Source of the DNA: Truepera sp.
GTDB taxonomy: Bacteria; Deinococcota; Deinococci; Deinococcales; Trueperaceae
Assembly (NCBI GenBank): GCA_965218435.1
Contig: CBDCKW010000009.1
Coordinates: forward strand, 3,008,001 to 3,072,000
Reading direction: 5' to 3'
Length of the DNA: 64,000 nucleotides
Shown here: one piece after another, positions 21,582 to 33,507 of the stretch
How positions within the stretch are numbered: position 1 is the first letter of the stretch
Layout: every line of letters starts with the position of its first letter
Position numbers and translations under genes: made by a program
Notes under the pieces: generated by a model
What the model was told of the DNA's origin: nothing
The model's database searches: none
Seen by the model: the letters and a program-made list of their open reading frames with translations, nothing else

Positions 21582-22997
21582 ATGACTAAAATCACCTTTA
21601 TCGGCGCAGGCAGCACGGTATTTGCCAAAAACCTACTCGGCGACATTCTAAGCTTTCCCGAACTTTCAACTGCAGAGATTGCACTCTTCGATATTGACGC
21701 CGAACGTCTCAAGACGTCGGAAATCGTGGCGCACAAGGTTGCCGACGCACTCGGCGCTAAACCGACTATCACCGCCACGACCGACCGCAATGCTGCGCTA
21801 GACGGCGCAGACTACGCGCTCAATATGATTCAAGTCGGCGGCTACAAACCGAGCACGGTGATTGATTTTGAGATTCCGAAAAAGTACGGGTTACAACAGA
21901 CCATCGGCGATACTTTAGGCATCGGCGGCATCATGCGGGCGCTTAGGACTGTTCCGGTGCTCTTAGAGATGGCCCACGACATGGAGCGGCTTTGCCCCGA
22001 CGTGCTGCATCTGAATTACGTCAACCCGATGGCGATGAACTGTTGGGCGTTAGCCCGAGCCACGCGGATTAAAACCGTTGGACTTTGCCACAGCGTCCAG
22101 GGCACTGCGGGTGAGTTGGCCAAAGACATCGGCGTGCCGGTGGAGGAAATCAACTACCGCGTTGCCGGCATCAACCACGTGGCGTTTTATCTTGAGTTTG
22201 AGCGGGGCGGACAAGATTTATACCCGGAGATTCAGCGTGTGGTAGACGAAGGCCGTGTCCCCGACACGAACCGGGTGCGTTACGAGATGTTTAGACGGTT
22301 GGGCTATTTTGTCACCGAATCTTCAGAGCACTTTTCTGAATATACGCCGTGGTTTATTAAACAGAATCGGCCCGAACTCATTGAAAAGTTTAATATCCCG
22401 ATCGACGAATATTTGCGCCGCTGCGAGTTTCAGCTGCAGAAGTGGGAACAGCTCAGAAATAGGCTCGAGGACCCCACCACCACCTTTAAGGTGCAAGACG
22501 TTCACAGCGAACACACGGACGACTCCCCAACGGACGGCAGCGTCCGTGACGAAGACCGGATGATGGAACAGATGCTCACCATCAAACGCTCGCCCGAGTA
22601 CGGCTCCTTAATTATCCATTCGGTTGAAACAGGACAGCCCAGGGTCGTTTACGGCAACGTCATGAACACCGGCCTGATTGACAACCTACCCGAATGCTGC
22701 GCCGAAGTCCCGTGCGTCGTTGACCAAAACGGCATGCAACCAACCCATATCGGCGCGTTGCCGCCGCAGCTTGCTGCCCTGATGCAAACCAACATCAACG
22801 TGCAGGCTCTGACGGTTGAGGCCATCTTGACCGGCAACAAAGAACATCTCTACCACGCCGCGATGTTTGACCCGCATACGAGCGCCGAGCTGGATTTAGA
22901 GCAGATTCACGACTTGGTGGACGACCTCTTAGAGGCGCACGGCGAGATGATACCTGAAGCGTTTCGCGCTTCAAAACAGCGGGAGTTGGCGCACTAA
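21582..22997 (+). CDS. melA: glycoside hydrolase family 4 alpha-galactosidase, copy 2
   Basis: KITFIGAGSTVF, QTIGDTLGIGGIMRALRT, LNYVNPMAMNCWA, GLCHSVQGT, TESSEHFSEY; close to canonical MelA. Confidence 0.85.
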   Translation: MTKITFIGAGSTVFAKNLLGDILSFPELSTAEIALFDIDAERLKTSEIVAHKVADALGAKPTITATTDRNAALDGADYALNMIQVGGYKPSTVIDFEIPKKYGLQQTIGDTLGIGGIMRALRTVPVLLEMAHDMERLCPDVLHLNYVNPMAMNCWALARATRIKTVGLCHSVQGTAGELAKDIGVPVEEINYRVAGINHVAFYLEFERGGQDLYPEIQRVVDEGRVPDTNRVRYEMFRRLGYFVTESSEHFSEYTPWFIKQNRPELIEKFNIPIDEYLRRCEFQLQKWEQLRNRLEDPTTTFKVQDVHSEHTDDSPTDGSVRDEDRMMEQMLTIKRSPEYGSLIIHSVETGQPRVVYGNVMNTGLIDNLPECCAEVPCVVDQNGMQPTHIGALPPQLAALMQTNINVQALTVEAILTGNKEHLYHAAMFDPHTSAELDLEQIHDLVDDLLEAHGEMIPEAFRASKQRELAH

Positions 22998-23040
22998 CGT
23001 AAATTTTTAGGGTGACAAGCTCCCTCACCCACAGGACAAA

Positions 23041-23130
23041 ATGGTAAAGGTTAAACGCCCGACGAGTTTTGAAGTTGTCCAACTCGCGGGCGTTTCTCGC
23101 ACAACGGTGTCGCCGATACTCAGTAGGACA
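23041..23130 (+). pseudogene. truncated LacI-type HTH remnant
   Basis: MVKVKRPTSFEVVQLAGVSRTTVSPILS matches the LacI N-terminal HTH; similarity then ends and no sugar-binding domain follows. Confidence 0.65.
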
Positions 23131-23293
23131 ACTCACAACAAACAACATGGTGACGTTGCGTTTGCACAGTGTCGCCGTTGGACGCGCTCAGGCTTTCGGC
23201 TCGAAGCCAACAAATCGAGGCCAACAAACCGAGATAGTAATTTAAGCCTAAAACGCAACAGTGTCGCAGTTCGTTTTCACGGTTCAAACCCCA

Positions 23294-23896
23294 CTAAGTA
23301 GGCAGCGCCCACCACACCCACACCGCAGCAACGACCAAAAGCGAACCTATAGGCGAGACAAAGGCCAGGGCGGTTGCCGCAGCAAAAAACACGGTGCCGA
23401 GCTGAGACTTAGAGCCGATTAACATTGACGTCGCATTTTTGGTTTCGCCGGCGTCTTGCACCGCAAGTCTGAGCAGCAAAAACGTCAAACTAATGAGCGC
23501 GCTTATGCCTGCGTACACTGCTGCTGCGACCGGCGCGGCAGGTTCAGTGAGATATGCAGCAACCAGTGAGGTCGGAAACGGCAAAAACGTAACGGTCAAA
23601 AGAAAAAGGCCGTTGAGACGCACCAGGCGCAGCGTCACGACGCGGACGTCTTGCAAAAGCAGGTGATGCCCTATCCAGGCAACCAAAATCGTTCCAAAGG
23701 CCAACACGAAGGCAAAGTACGAAGGCCAGCGCCTCAGTAACGCCGACCAAAGCAGCCCTGGAGAACTGGCGTCAGCAGCACTAGGCACTTTGATGTCGAG
23801 TACGAGCAGCGTGATGAGGATCGCAAAAACGCCGTCACTAAACGCTTCTAAACGCCTCGAGTCCTTAAAGAAAGGGGTATGTCTTCGGCTGGCCAT
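23294..23896 (-). CDS. TMEM175-family (DUF1211) potassium channel
   Basis: RLEAFSDGVFAILITLLVLDIKVP, W..HH, FLPFPT. Confidence 0.92.
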   Translation of the reverse strand: MASRRHTPFFKDSRRLEAFSDGVFAILITLLVLDIKVPSAADASSPGLLWSALLRRWPSYFAFVLAFGTILVAWIGHHLLLQDVRVVTLRLVRLNGLFLLTVTFLPFPTSLVAAYLTEPAAPVAAAVYAGISALISLTFLLLRLAVQDAGETKNATSMLIGSKSQLGTVFFAAATALAFVSPIGSLLVVAAVWVWWALPT

Positions 23897-23948
23897 AGGC
23901 CCTCAGCATAACTGGATAAGCTCGCAAAGGTCCGAAACGGGCTCAGTG

Positions 23949-24149
23949 CAGGGCTTACGCATGTGACAAGGTTTCACCGGCCCAGTAAAGGTAACGTACG
24001 GCTTTCGGTGGCCATGCCAACCTCGGCGTAGCTTCTGCACGTTCAGCGTCGGCGACGTTGGTAGAGAGCAACCTATAAGCTGGTTGACCTTCGACACGCC
24101 GGTGACGGAGACACAAAAACTTCGCCGCAATCCATAGGCGTAAGCCCTG
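23949..24149. mobile_element. MITE-like element, family A, copy 1 (about 200 bp)
   Basis: TIRs cagggcttacgc...gcgtaagccctg; flanking direct repeat ctcagtg (23942-23948 and 24150-24156); second copy at 49360-49555. Confidence 0.85.
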
Positions 24150-24167
24150 CTCAGTGAGTTAGCCCGG

Positions 24168-25532
24168 TCACTCCAAAAGCAGCGATTCAGGCGTTGTAAG
24201 TAACTCGATCAAGTAACTCGTAAACTGCGCCGCCTCCGCCCCGTCAATGATGCGGTGGTCAAACGATAACGACAGATAGAGCATCTGCCGCGCTTCTATA
24301 GAATCGTCGGGCATCACCACCGGGCGCTTTTTGATGCTGTGAACACCTAAAATCGCCGCTTCAGGAACGTTGATAAGCGGGAAGCTGAAAAGCCCACCGA
24401 GCGAACCGATATTGGTAATGCTAAACGTGCCGCCCTTCACGTCTTCAGGGGCGAGTTTGCCGTCTCGAGCTTTCGCCGCGAGCGTATTGACCTCTTGCGC
24501 GACCTCTAAAATGCTCTTTTGGTCTACGTCTTTGATGACCGGGACGACCAAACCTACATCCGTTGCAACCGCTAAGCCCAAGTTGTAAAACCGCTTGAGG
24601 ACAACCTCACTCGAGGCTTCATCAAAGCTCGAGTTCACCACCGGAAACTTTTTCAGCGCCGCCACCGCCGCTTTTATGATAAACGGCAGATACGACAGCC
24701 GAACGCCACGTTTTTCCGCCAGCGGTTTGAGCCGCGCACGCAGCGCGACCAGCTCAGTGGCGTCTACTTCGTCAACGTGTAGGGTGCGCACCGTTTGCAG
24801 GTGTGACGCGACCATCTGGTTGGCAATGGCTCGCCGTAAACCACGAATGGGAACGCGCTCCTCGAGCCCTTCATACCCCGCCGGTGTTTTATAACCGGGT
24901 GCTTTGGGCATACTTGGAGTCGAAGATGTAGCCTGTTCAGCAGCTTTTCTCACGTCGTCTACGCGGATGCGCCCGTTTGGGCCGCTGCCGGAGACGGCAC
25001 CTAGCTCGAGGCCCAACTCGCGGGCGAGTTTGCGCGCCGCCGGAACCGCTACGGGGCGACCATACGGGCCGGATTTGCGCTCAGCTTCACCATTTTGAGT
25101 GTCTTGCCGCATGACCTGATAGACCGGTTCAGCGTGGTCGTCTTTGGACGCCCGGAACAAGCTGCGTGCGTCACCATCGTCTGTATCGTTATCTCCGTCA
25201 TTGGTATCGTCTTCTAGCTCAGCAGGCGGGTCTTGGGCCAGCTCTGCTTTGGGTGACGGCGTTTCTGTCGCACCGGCCGCTTGCTCTCCTATAGCCTCGT
25301 CTGCAAAGCGGGCAATCGGCGCGTGAACTGCGACCACGTCCCCTTCAGCGACGAGCTGCGTCTCTAATACCCCGGCGAACGGGCTCGGCAGCTCGACCGT
25401 GACCTTATCGGTCATTACCTCGACGACCGGCTGGTCTTCTTCGACGTGTTCGCCCTCGGCGACGAGCCATTTGACGATTTCACCTTCGATCACCGACTCG
25501 GCGAGTTCGGGGAGTACGAGTTCTCGGGGCAT
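24168..25532 (-). CDS. dihydrolipoamide acyltransferase (E2), 2-oxoacid dehydrogenase
   Basis: One lipoyl domain (EVMTDKVTVELPSP), E3-binding AVPAARKLARE..GSGPNGRI, catalytic SFDHRIIDG. Confidence 0.95.
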   Translation of the reverse strand: MPRELVLPELAESVIEGEIVKWLVAEGEHVEEDQPVVEVMTDKVTVELPSPFAGVLETQLVAEGDVVAVHAPIARFADEAIGEQAAGATETPSPKAELAQDPPAELEDDTNDGDNDTDDGDARSLFRASKDDHAEPVYQVMRQDTQNGEAERKSGPYGRPVAVPAARKLARELGLELGAVSGSGPNGRIRVDDVRKAAEQATSSTPSMPKAPGYKTPAGYEGLEERVPIRGLRRAIANQMVASHLQTVRTLHVDEVDATELVALRARLKPLAEKRGVRLSYLPFIIKAAVAALKKFPVVNSSFDEASSEVVLKRFYNLGLAVATDVGLVVPVIKDVDQKSILEVAQEVNTLAAKARDGKLAPEDVKGGTFSITNIGSLGGLFSFPLINVPEAAILGVHSIKKRPVVMPDDSIEARQMLYLSLSFDHRIIDGAEAAQFTSYLIELLTTPESLLLE

Positions 25533-25536
25533 AGGG

Positions 25537-26297
25537 TCAGGTTCTCCTTAGTAACCAGATAAAACCGGCGAACGGAAACGTCTCTTCGCCGTCAAAAAAG
25601 GGCTCGAGCTCTTCAGTAAACTTTACTTTGAGCGTTTGGGCTGAGTAACGTCCGCTCGAGCTTGCCGCAACCGCGTTACTCTGCGACATAAGATAAGCTA
25701 CAAAGTCAGCCAAATTAAATGACCAGGTATTTTCGTAAGGTTCTCTGACCACAAACTCAAAGCCAGCTTTTCGGGCATCTTCGTCTGTAAAAGGTGCGCG
25801 GTCTCTGGGCGGTGACAGATGAGCTTCGTAATAACGTTTTAACCACGCCACAAAATTGGCATTTAGATGCTGCTGACCTCTGAAAAAGTTTTCGTATAGG
25901 GCGAGCCAACCGCCCGGACGCAGCACGCGCCGCGCCTCTTGCAAAAACGCGCCACGGTCAAACCAGTGAAACGCGGAGCTGACGGTGATGAGGTCGGCGG
26001 TAGCATCCGCTAGAGGAAGTGATTCTGCTGACGCCTGATAGTAGGTGATACGCGCGTCTTTCGGGGCTATAGAGAGCATTGCTTTAGACGCGTCTATTCC
26101 AATCACACGTTTAGCGACAGCCAGCAGCGCCTGCGTTGACAAGCCCGTACCGCACGCCACGTCTACGGCTAGCTCGAGGGGAGCGCCTAAAAAAAGTTTT
26201 TCTCTAACTCTTTCAATCACCAGCGGATGAAAGTGAGGACGGCCCTGAGCGTAAGCTTCGGCAGTCTCCGAGGTAACAAATGGATTTACGGGGTTCA

Positions 26298-26298
<1 letters not shown>
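25537..26298 (-). CDS. class I SAM-dependent methyltransferase
   Basis: YAQGRP, VDVACGTG, AESLPL, SAFHWFD, EARRVLRPGG. Confidence 0.9.
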
Positions 26299-28498
<2,200 letters not shown>

Positions 28499-29240
28499 TT
28501 ATGCGCCCATAAAGTTGCCGCCAACCGTCCGCTCGAGCAGCTGTCACTCACATCAAGTATACGCTAGCACCCCTGAGCGCGTAAAAAACCCATGCCCCCT
28601 ACCAATTCGGTACACTTTTCGGCGTCAGCTAAAGTTATGAGTGTTTGCTTAGTACAAGACAAAAAACAATTTTACGAGTCTGGAACGGGCTATTGAGCCC
28701 TCTGAAAAGTAGCGTTTATGTTCCCCTAGATTGCTGTCTAAGACAATGTTCAAAGGGGTTTACCCGGTCGTGCTCATGCAGACAAACATCTTCTTGTCTA
28801 GCTTATGCAAAAAAGCACGTTCTGGACAAGGTTGCTAAAAAGTTGTCGTGTGCTCAGGAGCGTTTGTTGAACAGGGCTGACGCATCTTCAAACTGAACCG
28901 AAGGTTTCAGGGGAATTTGCTTTGTTTTCAAAAATCCCTGCTGCGTAAATATCAAAGCGAGGTGCTTTATTCGCCTTCTTCAGCTTGAGAATCGTTTTAT
29001 GGACTTTCAGAACTAGGTCACGCTCAGCCCTGGTTTGTCGGAGGTAGCCCCGGCCCCGCCAGCAAAGTGACAGTTTTGCTCCACACGAGGTTTGTGATGC
29101 GCTCATAGCTTAGAGAACGTGACGGGCCTAAACAGCTCAGGGGACTTTCTCACGCTTTGTTCCCCTTGTTCCCCAGCACTTGCGGGTAATAGCTGCTACC
29201 CGGCACGGGTGCGCTATCATAGGCAGACGAGGAGGCTCAG

Positions 29241-30233
29241 ATGAGAACGAGAAACCCACAGCGCCTGTTGGCCTACGCGCTGATCATTATCGGCGTAATT
29301 ATGCTGGTGTCGCGCATCGGCAGTGCGGACTGGCTCTGGTTGGCACTTATCAGCGCCTTGTTTTTGTTCGGTTACGTGTCGCGGAAAAACTACAACTTTT
29401 TGGTTGCGGGCGGCGTGCTAATGGGTATCGCCGTCGGCACGCTGATCGGCACTGACAGCGGGATGCTCTTAAGCCTCGCCGCCGGATTTTTTGCAATTGA
29501 CCGGATAGAGCCTAAACCCAACCGCTGGGCACTCTACAGCGCAGGGATTTCTGCGGTTCTGGGCGCACTCGTCGCGTTCGGGTCGTTTGGCCTCTTAAGT
29601 TCAACTGCGTTTGCTCTCGCGCTGGTCGCGGTTGGGACCTACTTGCTCTACCGTGAAGGGAATAAACCGGACACGCCCCCGACTAGTACGAGCAGCTATA
29701 CGCCCAGTCCCCCTAGTCAGTCGTCCGCAACCTCACCGATACCGGAACCCTCGAGCGAACCTGCCACGAATACGTCAGCAACGAGTACGCCGGGCAGTGA
29801 AACCGCGCCGCCCCCACCAGCGGCCGAAACCGTGCAACCGTCCCATACCCCCCCTGCCCATACACCCGCTAATGTACCCGGTGGTGCGGCAACGCCCGCT
29901 ACGCCATTAGAAAACCAGCCACTAGAAAACCAGCCGCGACAAGAATCGCCCCAACCACCACCGGAACAGCCCACGCTCTCGGGCGAAGCTGAAACGCGGT
30001 TACGGCGGCTCGAGGCGTGGCGGCGTGAAATCGCCGCGGCTGACGGGGTACCGCCGTATATCGTCTTTTCCAACGACACTCTAGCCAAAATTGCGGCGGC
30101 AAACCCCCGAACGCTGGACGAGTTAGACACCATTAAGGGCGTCGGACCAGTTAAGCTGTCGCGTTACGGCGAAACCGTTTTAGGCGTCTTAAAGGATGAC
30201 CCCGGCGAGGACACTGAAGTTGTGGCAAGCTAG
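29241..30233 (+). CDS. membrane protein with Pro/Thr/Ser-rich linker and C-terminal HRDC domain
   Basis: About 135 aa of hydrophobic helices, low-complexity linker, then LEAWRREIA..DGVPPYIVFSNDTLAKIA...PRTLDELDTIKGVGPVKLSRYG. Confidence 0.85.
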   Translation: MRTRNPQRLLAYALIIIGVIMLVSRIGSADWLWLALISALFLFGYVSRKNYNFLVAGGVLMGIAVGTLIGTDSGMLLSLAAGFFAIDRIEPKPNRWALYSAGISAVLGALVAFGSFGLLSSTAFALALVAVGTYLLYREGNKPDTPPTSTSSYTPSPPSQSSATSPIPEPSSEPATNTSATSTPGSETAPPPPAAETVQPSHTPPAHTPANVPGGAATPATPLENQPLENQPRQESPQPPPEQPTLSGEAETRLRRLEAWRREIAAADGVPPYIVFSNDTLAKIAAANPRTLDELDTIKGVGPVKLSRYGETVLGVLKDDPGEDTEVVAS

Positions 30234-30325
30234 CACGGACGCACAAAAAGCCTGTAGACCTTACCATGACCTACGCAGCGAGCAGCTAGACTAGAGAGAT
30301 AGACACTATCTAAACGGAGGAACTT

Positions 30326-31468
30326 ATGGACACAACGATTCAGCGCGGGCTTGACGGAGTAGTCATTGACACGACTGAAATCTGCAGCATTGACGGAATG
30401 AAAGGCGAGCTGATCTACCGTGGCTACGACGTCCGCGAGTTGGCCGATAAAGCCTCGTTTGAAGAGGTTATTTACCTTTTGTGGAACGGCAAATTACCTA
30501 AAAAAGACGAGCTTGCCGAGTTTCAAGCGTCTTTGCAACCTCACTTCGCCGTACCGGACGAAGTGATTGACGTACTGCGGCACTTTCCCACGAATGAGAG
30601 CCCGATGCACGCGCTGCGTACGGCGGTCTCGATGCTCGCGGCCTCGGACAAAGAGAGCGACGGCGTTGACCTGGATAACGTGCGCCGTATCGGAATCCGG
30701 CTGACCGCCCAGATCATCACCTTGACCGCCGCTTTAGAGCGTATCCGCGACGGACAAGACCCCGTTGCGCCACACCCCGAGCTGTCACTCGCCGCGAACT
30801 TTCTCTATATGACCAATGATGAGATGCCCTCTGAAGCTGCCGTGCGCGTAATGGACGTGGCGCTCGTGTTGCACGCTGAACACGGCTCGAACGCGAGCAC
30901 TTTTGTGGCGCGGGCAACCGCCTCGACCCTGACGGACGTATACAGCGCCATCACCGCCGCTATCGGCTCACTTAAGGGGCCACTGCACGGCGGCGCGAAC
31001 ACTGCCGTGATGCAGATGTTAGAAGAGATCGGCAGCGTCGAAGCGGTCGAAGATTTTGTGATGAACAAACTAGGTCAACCCAAGGCCCGCATCCCCGGTT
31101 TCGGTCACCGCGTCTACCGGGTGCTCGACCCACGCGCGGCGATTTTAGAAGGCGTCGCCGAAAAGCTCGCCGAAGAGTCCGGCGATTCGAAGTGGTTTGA
31201 GATGTCGCAAGAGATGGAGCGCGTGATGGAGCGCGAGATGGACAAACAGGGCAAGCAGGTGCGGCCCAACGTAGACTTCTTTTCGGCGTCGGTCTACCGG
31301 ATGCTCGGCTTTCCCGGCGAGATGTACACGCCGATTTTCGCTGTCGCCCGGACACCGGGGTGGATGGCGCATCTCTTAGAGCAGTACGCCGACAACCGTT
31401 TGATGCGGCCCAAACTCGCGTATGAGGGTGAAAAAGGCAAGACGTTTACGCCTATAGAGGAGCGTTAA
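30326..31468 (+). CDS. gltA: citrate synthase (type I; 2-methylcitrate synthase not excluded)
   Basis: GELIYRGY, HAEHGSNAST, GPLHGGAN, GFGHRVY...DPR, PNVDF. Confidence 0.93.
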   Translation: MDTTIQRGLDGVVIDTTEICSIDGMKGELIYRGYDVRELADKASFEEVIYLLWNGKLPKKDELAEFQASLQPHFAVPDEVIDVLRHFPTNESPMHALRTAVSMLAASDKESDGVDLDNVRRIGIRLTAQIITLTAALERIRDGQDPVAPHPELSLAANFLYMTNDEMPSEAAVRVMDVALVLHAEHGSNASTFVARATASTLTDVYSAITAAIGSLKGPLHGGANTAVMQMLEEIGSVEAVEDFVMNKLGQPKARIPGFGHRVYRVLDPRAAILEGVAEKLAEESGDSKWFEMSQEMERVMEREMDKQGKQVRPNVDFFSASVYRMLGFPGEMYTPIFAVARTPGWMAHLLEQYADNRLMRPKLAYEGEKGKTFTPIEER

Positions 31469-31502
31469 AGCTCCAAAGCGTAACCCCCATAAACCGACCA
31501 GC

Positions 31503-31540
31503 CTACGCCCGACGCAGATTTTACCGTCGGGCGTAGTTTC
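31503..31540 (+). terminator. probable intrinsic terminator after citrate synthase
   Basis: ctacgcccgacg-loop-cgtcgggcgtag-ttt. Confidence 0.65.
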
Positions 31541-31713
31541 GTAGGGACCGGGCTCGAGTCTCCCCGGCAGTAGCGTAAAACGGCTAAGATAGTGAGCGGT
31601 CTTTGACCGCTAGCTTTTACCTCAATTTTTAAGGTATAGTAGCTGGCGACAGTCGTATAGCCGTACCGTAAAACGTACCAAAAACAGCTCGGTGGGCCGG
31701 GAAAGAGGTAAAA

Positions 31714-33504
31714 GTGGCTGTTACACTTCCGCCAAGAGAAGCCAAACGCGAATTTGCCGTCGAGGGCGCGTACCGCTACAACAGCGGGAGCACGCTCCGC
31801 TGGATTTTGTCGCATCTGGGGCGTTACCCGCTCCTGCTCTTTAGTTTCTCCGCCGCCGCGATCTTAACCAACGTGCTCTTTTCCGCCATACCCCGCCTGA
31901 CCGGAACGGCGTTCGACGAGGTGCTTCGGCCCGAACCGAGTGTGCGGCGACTCTTGACGATTGCGCTGATTATCTTGGGCATCGTCTTGGTGCGCGGCGT
32001 CGTAGACATCATCAACAGTTTTTCGGTTGAAACGCTGGGGCAAAGGCTCGAGCGTGACGCCCGCGACGAACTCTACGTGAGCTTACTCGGCAAAAGCCAG
32101 ACGTTTCACAACCGGCAGCGTGTCGGTGACATCATGGCGCGGGCCGGAAACGACGTGCGGCAACTCAATCCGATGATGAACCCCGGTGTGGCCTTATTGT
32201 CCGAATCGATTATCGGCATCATCGTCCCGCTGATTTTTATCGGGGTGCTCGAGCCTGTTCTCCTCATCTCCCCTGTGCTGTTCGTCATCACCTTCGTCTT
32301 CGCGCTCCGGCACTACATGAACCAGCTCGGGCCGGTTTCGTCGGCCTTGCGCAAACGTTTCGGCGTGATGAACGCTGGCTTAAACGAAGCCATCACCGGC
32401 ATCGAGGTCGTCAAAGGGGCGGCACAAGAGGCGCAAGAGAAACGCAAGTTTATCGAAGATGCCAGCCTCTACCGGGACGCGTTCACCGAGCAGGGCAAGG
32501 TACAAGCTCGCTATTTGCCGCTTCTCTTAATCGGTTTAGCTGTCAGCGGAGCGTTCGCGCACGGACTTTATCTGCTCTCCATCGGCCGTATTTCAGTCGG
32601 TGATTTGGTCGCCTACATGGGCCTGATGAGCACCTTGCGCTTTCCGGCGTTTATCTCGATCTTTACCTTTTCGCTCGTGCAGCTCGGGTTTGCAGGGGCC
32701 GAGCGGATTTTAGAACTCATCCGCGAAGACACTGACCTAGACGAAAACACCGCCGGGTACGCCGCGCCGATTGAAGGCGAAATCAGGTTTGAAAACGTGT
32801 CGTTCGGTTACGGCAGCGACAAGCTGAGCCTCCAAGACCTCACCTTTACGGCGTCGCCGGGGCAAACGGTCGCCATCGTCGGGCAGACCGGCTCGGGCAA
32901 AAGCACGTTGACCAAACTCGTCAACCGCGCCTACGACGTCACGAAGGGACGCATCCTGATTGACGGGGTGGACGTGCGGGAGTGGAACCTCGAGGCGCTC
33001 CGCTCGCAAATTTCAGTCATCGAGCAAGACGTGTTTCTTTTCTCGCGCTCGGTCGCGGCCAATATCGCCTTCGGTTTGGGCTCAAAAGCCACGCCCGGGG
33101 CGATCGAAGAAGCCGCTAAAGCAGCCCAAGCCGACGCCTTTATCCGGCACTTTTCGGACGGCTACGATACCGTCATCGGAGAGCGCGGCGTCACCCTTTC
33201 GGGCGGGCAGCGGCAACGGTTGGCGATTGCGCGGGCGCTGCTGACCGACCCCCGGATTCTAATCCTAGACGATTCGACGAGCGCCATAGACAGCGCCACC
33301 GAAGACCAAATTCAGCGGGCGATAGACAAGGTGTTAGACGGCCGCACGACGCTCCTCATCACGCACCGGCTCTCGCAGATTCGGCAAGCCGACAAGATTT
33401 TGGTGCTCCATCAGGGGCACATCGTAGACCAGGGGACGCACGACGAGCTGCTTGGCCGTTGCAGTCTCTACCAGCGTATCTTCGCCCGCTACGAGGAGGA
33501 GTAA
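31714..33504 (+). CDS. ABC exporter half-transporter (TMD-NBD)
   Basis: GQTGSGKS, LSGGQRQR, degenerate Walker B LILDDSTS. Confidence 0.95.
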   Translation: MAVTLPPREAKREFAVEGAYRYNSGSTLRWILSHLGRYPLLLFSFSAAAILTNVLFSAIPRLTGTAFDEVLRPEPSVRRLLTIALIILGIVLVRGVVDIINSFSVETLGQRLERDARDELYVSLLGKSQTFHNRQRVGDIMARAGNDVRQLNPMMNPGVALLSESIIGIIVPLIFIGVLEPVLLISPVLFVITFVFALRHYMNQLGPVSSALRKRFGVMNAGLNEAITGIEVVKGAAQEAQEKRKFIEDASLYRDAFTEQGKVQARYLPLLLIGLAVSGAFAHGLYLLSIGRISVGDLVAYMGLMSTLRFPAFISIFTFSLVQLGFAGAERILELIREDTDLDENTAGYAAPIEGEIRFENVSFGYGSDKLSLQDLTFTASPGQTVAIVGQTGSGKSTLTKLVNRAYDVTKGRILIDGVDVREWNLEALRSQISVIEQDVFLFSRSVAANIAFGLGSKATPGAIEEAAKAAQADAFIRHFSDGYDTVIGERGVTLSGGQRQRLAIARALLTDPRILILDDSTSAIDSATEDQIQRAIDKVLDGRTTLLITHRLSQIRQADKILVLHQGHIVDQGTHDELLGRCSLYQRIFARYEEE

Positions 33505-33507
33505 CGT

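Noticed and set aside
23903..24130. 75-aa ORF on the minus strand
   Set aside because: Lies almost entirely inside the MITE; likely incidental
28645..29106. Two short ORFs (83 and 72 aa) in the AT-rich tract
   Set aside because: No family motifs or convincing initiation signals
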